DNA of 64,000 nucleotides. Origin: Candidatus Aminicenantes bacterium (lineage in GTDB: Bacteria; Acidobacteriota; Aminicenantia; Aminicenantales; Saccharicenantaceae). The stretch is taken from the NCBI GenBank assembly GCA_013178315.1, contig JABLWX010000003.1:2855-66854 (forward strand), read 5' to 3'. Below, piece by piece: positions 57,408 through 64,000 of this stretch; position 1 is the stretch's first letter; every line of letters begins with the position of its first letter. The notes under the pieces were generated by a model, which was not told where the DNA came from, ran no database searches, and saw only the letters and a program-made list of their open reading frames with translations. The position numbers and the translations under genes were made by a program.

Positions 57408-58082
57408 TTACTTGCCGGAAGTGCGGATGAAATAGTCAACAATCTGAGAGGTGGTGTTTTCCATCTCAGTATTGTAGACCTCGATCTTGGTGTTCAGAGA
57501 GTTGAAGGTCCAGAGGGCGATAACGGCCACGGCAATACCGAAAGCTGTGGTGACCAGAGCTTCGGCGATACCGGCAGCCACCGCACCGATTCCACCGGAC
57601 CCGGTCATGGCCATTCCGCGGAAAGCATTGATGATTCCGAAAATGGTTCCGAACAGTCCGATGAAGGGGGAAGAGGTGGCGATGGTCGCCATGATGCTCA
57701 AACCTCTCTTCAGTTCCTGGGTGAAGAGGGAACGAGCTCTCTCGCAGCCTCTCTGGGCGGATTCAATCTGTTCTTCCACGGTCAGGTTGGAATCCTTGGC
57801 GCCCAGGAATTCTTCGATACCGGCAGCGGTAACTCTGGCCAGATGGCTGACTTTATTTTCCTTCTTGGAAGCCAGAGCCATAGCTTCTTTGAGCTGTCCG
57901 TTCTTCATTAGTTCAGCCAGCTTGGGGGCCACAGCCAGAGATTTTTTCCTGGCCCGGGCGAAGACCAGCTGACGTTCAATAAACAGATAGATGGTGATAA
58001 CCGACAGGAGAATCAGGATGATGGCAACTGTTTTTGCCACTACTCCCATGGCCTGCCACATTTCAATCAAACCGAATTGCAT
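57408..58082 (-). CDS. exbB: MotA/TolQ/ExbB proton-channel protein
   Basis: 3 TM helices and the GLFGTIFGIINAF motif. Confidence 0.85.
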   Translation of the reverse strand: MQFGLIEMWQAMGVVAKTVAIILILLSVITIYLFIERQLVFARARKKSLAVAPKLAELMKNGQLKEAMALASKKENKVSHLARVTAAGIEEFLGAKDSNLTVEEQIESAQRGCERARSLFTQELKRGLSIMATIATSSPFIGLFGTIFGIINAFRGMAMTGSGGIGAVAAGIAEALVTTAFGIAVAVIALWTFNSLNTKIEVYNTEMENTTSQIVDYFIRTSGK

Positions 58083-58127
58083 GACTAAAACCTCCTTTTA
58101 AATATCGAAAGCCATTGTTAGCTTTTC

Positions 58128-58910
<783 letters not shown>

Positions 58911-58972
58911 GCTATGGAATAGGTTAGATTAAAGTATAAATTAAATTCCTCGATTTTACAAGTAAAATTTAA

Positions 58973-60136
58973 TTATTTATGCAATTTTTTCTTCTTGAAA
59001 TACTGGTTCCAGAACAGCACCACGGGGCAGGAAAGGAAGATGGTGGAATAGACGCCTTCGATGGTCCCGATGAGCATCAGGAAGGCAAAGTCATTGATGA
59101 CCTGGCCCCCGAAAATGTAAAGGGAAAGAACCGTCAGGAAAACCGTTCCGGAAGTGATCAATGTTCGCGAGAGATTCAGGTTGAGCGAGAGGTTCATGAT
59201 GTTTTCCAGTTTCTCTTTCCTCATGGTCCTCTGGAGCTCCCGGATTCGGTCGAAGATAACAATGGTGTCGTTGATGGAAAAACCGACTATGGTCAAAAGC
59301 CCGGCTATGATCGGCAGGTTGATTTCTCTTGGAGTGAAGGAATAGATGCTCATGGTGATCAGAACATCCTGGGCCAGGGTGAAAATGGCCGCCGCGCCGT
59401 ATTCAACTCCCTTGAATCTTAAGGCAATGTAGACCAGCATGCCGATCAGCGACCAGATGATGGCCTGGGTGGCCTTCTTTCTCAAGTCTTTGCCGACCTG
59501 GGGGCCGACCGTTTCCCGGCTGAGGACCGTCATCTTGCCCAGGAAAGTCCTGTTCTGGAGGAGGCTGGTCACCTCACCGGGCAGATTGAGTGGCTCACGG
59601 CTCAGCTCATCCCAGCTGGCTATGATTCCATTTTCAGTTCGATAATTAACTATCTTGTTGGCCAGGTTCTCGGCCTCGTCCGGGGCCACGCTCCTCAACA
59701 GATTGGTCAGGCTGGTCCGGTCAATGTTGTTCAGGTCCAGCAGACCCTGGGCCAGTTTTTGCCTGTCCTCTTCTCCCTGCAGGGACTGGATTACCCGGTC
59801 GGCCAGGATCTGGTGGCTTTCGATTTCCTGGTCCTGGGTGGTGGTCCTTTTTTCCATGGTCCGGATCTGGAATTCCCTGCTTTCTTTTCCGGCTTCCTGG
59901 ATGATGCTGTCGCCCAGCCCGACTTCAGACAGAAGTTTTCTGACCTCGGACACGGAAACGGGTTCTTTGAACATAACCCTGATCAGGGTTCCTTCTCCGA
60001 AATCGACGCCCAGCTTGAGTCCCTTTCCGACCAGGATGTTGATCAGGCCGGCCACCACGATGACCAGGGTCACGGCCAGGGCAATCCACTTGTATTTTAA
60101 GAACGGAATGTTGGGGGTTTTTTTGAAGATTTGCAT
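58973..60136 (-). CDS. secF: Protein translocase subunit SecF
   Basis: SecD/SecF C-terminal 6-TM module, directly downstream of secD. The periplasmic loop is longer than usual (387 aa total). Confidence 0.85.
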   Translation of the reverse strand: MQIFKKTPNIPFLKYKWIALAVTLVIVVAGLINILVGKGLKLGVDFGEGTLIRVMFKEPVSVSEVRKLLSEVGLGDSIIQEAGKESREFQIRTMEKRTTTQDQEIESHQILADRVIQSLQGEEDRQKLAQGLLDLNNIDRTSLTNLLRSVAPDEAENLANKIVNYRTENGIIASWDELSREPLNLPGEVTSLLQNRTFLGKMTVLSRETVGPQVGKDLRKKATQAIIWSLIGMLVYIALRFKGVEYGAAAIFTLAQDVLITMSIYSFTPREINLPIIAGLLTIVGFSINDTIVIFDRIRELQRTMRKEKLENIMNLSLNLNLSRTLITSGTVFLTVLSLYIFGGQVINDFAFLMLIGTIEGVYSTIFLSCPVVLFWNQYFKKKKLHK

Positions 60137-60137
60137 T

Positions 60138-61673
60138 TTAGATACTCAACCTCTTGGCGTTAGTTGGTACAAAGGCATCAAAAATAAACCTGGAAACGAA
60201 GACCGCGGTGAACAGGTTGGCCACCAGGCTGCAGATCAGCGTTACCGCGTAACCTTTTATGGGGCCCGTCCCGAACTGGAAAAGAAAAACAGCCGAAATG
60301 ATGGTGGTCAGGTTGGAGTCGAAAATGGCCGAAAAGGCCCGGGAAAAACCGGTGGCGATGGAGCTGGTAATATTCTTCCCGACAGCTATTTCTTCCTTGA
60401 TTCTCTCAAAGATAAGGACGTTGGCGTCCACGGCCATGCCGATGCCCAGGATGATGCCAGCGATGCCGGGCAGGGTCAGGGTGGCCTTGAAGTAGCCCAT
60501 GGCCCCGAAGATTATGATTTCATTCAAGATCAGGGCGGTGATGGCATTCAGGCCGGAGAGCCGGTAGTAGAAAATCATGAAAACCATGACGGCAAAAATG
60601 GCCACCAGTCCGGCCATCAAGCCCTGTCTGACCGAGTCTGAGCCCAGGGATGGACCCACGGTTCTTTCTTCAAGGTACTTGATACCGGCCGGCAGCGCTC
60701 CGGCCTTGAGGATGACCACCAGGTCATCGGCTTCTTCGGGAGTGAACCTTCCCTGGATGATACCGGAATCGGAAATCCTGGCTTCTATGACCGGCGCGGA
60801 TTGCAGGCGACCATCCAGGATGATGGCCAGCTGCTTGCCGATATTGGCTCCGGTGACCTGTTCAAACCTCTTGGCCCCGTCCGGGTTCAGGGTGAAATGC
60901 ACGGCCGGGTTATTCCATTCGTCAACTCCCCGCCTGACGGTCCTGAGGTCCTTGCCGGTTACCGTGGCCACCTTGCTGACCAGGTAATAGCCCTGGGTCC
61001 CACGCTTGGGGTCGGACTTGACCACCTCGGCATCTTCCGGCACCTTACCCCCGAAGTCCCGGAGCAGGGTTTCCTCGTCCGGGGCCGGTCCGGCCTTGAC
61101 CAGCTTGAATTCCAAGACAGCGGTCACCTTGATCAGGTTCTTGACGCGGTCTGGATCTTCAATGCCCGGGAGTTCCACCACTATTCGGTCCGAACCCTGC
61201 CTCTGGATGACCGGCTCGGCCACGCCGAACTGGTCAATTCTGTTCCGGATGGTCTCCAGGGTCTGGGTCACGGCCAGGTCCCTGAGATACTGGGCGGCCA
61301 CCATCTTCAGGTTAAAAGTCAACCGGTCGCCGCTGAAGGAATAATCCCAGTCCCGGGTATACTGGTCGATGAGGTCCCTGGCTTTTCCTTCCTGGTCAAC
61401 CGGTATGCCCCTGAAATAAAAACGGCCGGGCTTTTCCTTGTTGGCCTCCAGGTAGGTTATGTTGTTTTTCTTGAAGACTTCCTCGAACCTTGACAGCTGC
61501 TGGTCAGTTTCAACGTTGACCGCATCTTCGGTTAAGACCTGGAGAACCAGGTGGGTTCCACCCTTGAGGTCCAGGCCCAGCTTGATCTTATCTTTCGGGG
61601 GATAGACCAGAAAGAGGCAAAGCCCGATAACCACGACGATGATAGCCAGTTTCCATTGAAGGTTCTTTTTCAT
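60138..61673 (-). CDS. secD: Protein translocase subunit SecD
   Basis: N-terminal TM, a large periplasmic domain, and a C-terminal 5-TM module with the LTLPGIAGIILGIGMAVDANVLIFERIKEE motif. Confidence 0.9.
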   Translation of the reverse strand: MKKNLQWKLAIIVVVIGLCLFLVYPPKDKIKLGLDLKGGTHLVLQVLTEDAVNVETDQQLSRFEEVFKKNNITYLEANKEKPGRFYFRGIPVDQEGKARDLIDQYTRDWDYSFSGDRLTFNLKMVAAQYLRDLAVTQTLETIRNRIDQFGVAEPVIQRQGSDRIVVELPGIEDPDRVKNLIKVTAVLEFKLVKAGPAPDEETLLRDFGGKVPEDAEVVKSDPKRGTQGYYLVSKVATVTGKDLRTVRRGVDEWNNPAVHFTLNPDGAKRFEQVTGANIGKQLAIILDGRLQSAPVIEARISDSGIIQGRFTPEEADDLVVILKAGALPAGIKYLEERTVGPSLGSDSVRQGLMAGLVAIFAVMVFMIFYYRLSGLNAITALILNEIIIFGAMGYFKATLTLPGIAGIILGIGMAVDANVLIFERIKEEIAVGKNITSSIATGFSRAFSAIFDSNLTTIISAVFLFQFGTGPIKGYAVTLICSLVANLFTAVFVSRFIFDAFVPTNAKRLSI

Positions 61674-61709
61674 CTTGACCTATCTCTCTGCTGGATTTGT
61701 TACGAAAAA

Positions 61710-62057
61710 TCAGGTGGTTTCCTTGGTCTCGGTTTTTTCCTTGTCGGTTAGAATGATGGCCACGGCGCTCTTGAGGATGTCAACCTTGACGTTGGCCGCG
61801 ATCTTGAGCTCGATCCGGTCCGGGTGGACGTCCATGACCGTGCCGAAGATCCCGCCGCTGGTGATGATGCGGTCGCCCGGCTTCAGGTTGGCCACCATCT
61901 GCTGGTGCTGTTTCTGTTTTTTCCTCTGGGGCATGATGATCAGGAGGTAGAAAATGACAAAGACCAGGATGAAGGGCAGAAGCCCCACCAGCATGTTGCC
62001 CTGGCCGGCGGGAGCGGATTGCTGCCCGGAAACGCTGAATAAGGTTAAAAAACTCAT
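61710..62057 (-). CDS. yajC: Preprotein translocase subunit YajC
   Basis: Single TM followed by QRKKQK..H..M...L..GD.IIT.GGI.G.V. Confidence 0.8.
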   Translation of the reverse strand: MSFLTLFSVSGQQSAPAGQGNMLVGLLPFILVFVIFYLLIIMPQRKKQKQHQQMVANLKPGDRIITSGGIFGTVMDVHPDRIELKIAANVKVDILKSAVAIILTDKEKTETKETT

Positions 62058-62066
62058 TTTTGTATC

Positions 62067-64000
<1,934 letters not shown>

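Overview
64-kb chromosomal window from a moderately GC-rich diderm bacterium (it encodes TonB/ExbBD, an outer-membrane beta-barrel protein and a type IV pilus). The taxon cannot be assigned from the sequence alone. I support about 55 CDS, 3 tRNAs (Pro-TGG, Arg-TCT, His-GTG), one SAM-I riboswitch, one IS481-family insertion sequence and one ORF-less 556-bp element bounded by perfect 35-bp inverted repeats. I saw no rRNA and no CRISPR array. Most of the window is conserved housekeeping synteny: pilB-pilT-pilC-pilS-pilR-(sigma-54 promoter)-pilA; phoH-7TM_HD-ybeY-CNNM/CorC-era; hypC-hypD-hypE; uppS-cdsA-dxr-rseP-ispG; tgt-yajC-secD-secF-tonB-exbB-exbD. Candidates worth a second look, in my order of interest. 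(1) An AT-richer block directly after pilA encodes a YfhO/GT-C-like membrane protein, a DUF362 protein, a homologue of decaprenyl-phosphate phosphoribosyltransferase (UbiA family) and a methyltransferase. I read this as a possible pilin or envelope pentofuranosylation system that lacks the known DprE1/DprE2 epimerase. (2) A PLP aspartate aminotransferase is fused to an HPr-kinase-like P-loop domain with a degenerate Walker A and a Cys cluster, and sits in an operon with a flotillin. (3) A translationally coupled pair of a ParB-N-domain protein and a spore-photoproduct-lyase-family radical SAM enzyme occurs in a genome segment with diderm features. (4) The 35-bp-TIR element abuts a truncated amidohydrolase paralogue and supplies the -35 box of the promoter for a SAM-I riboswitch, which controls an archaeal-type methionine adenosyltransferase. 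(5) A sat-NPP-cysC sulfate-activation module and an AT-rich islet encoding a beta-propeller plus a tandem thioredoxin-fold lipoprotein. All functional calls come from motif recognition by eye. No database search was run.
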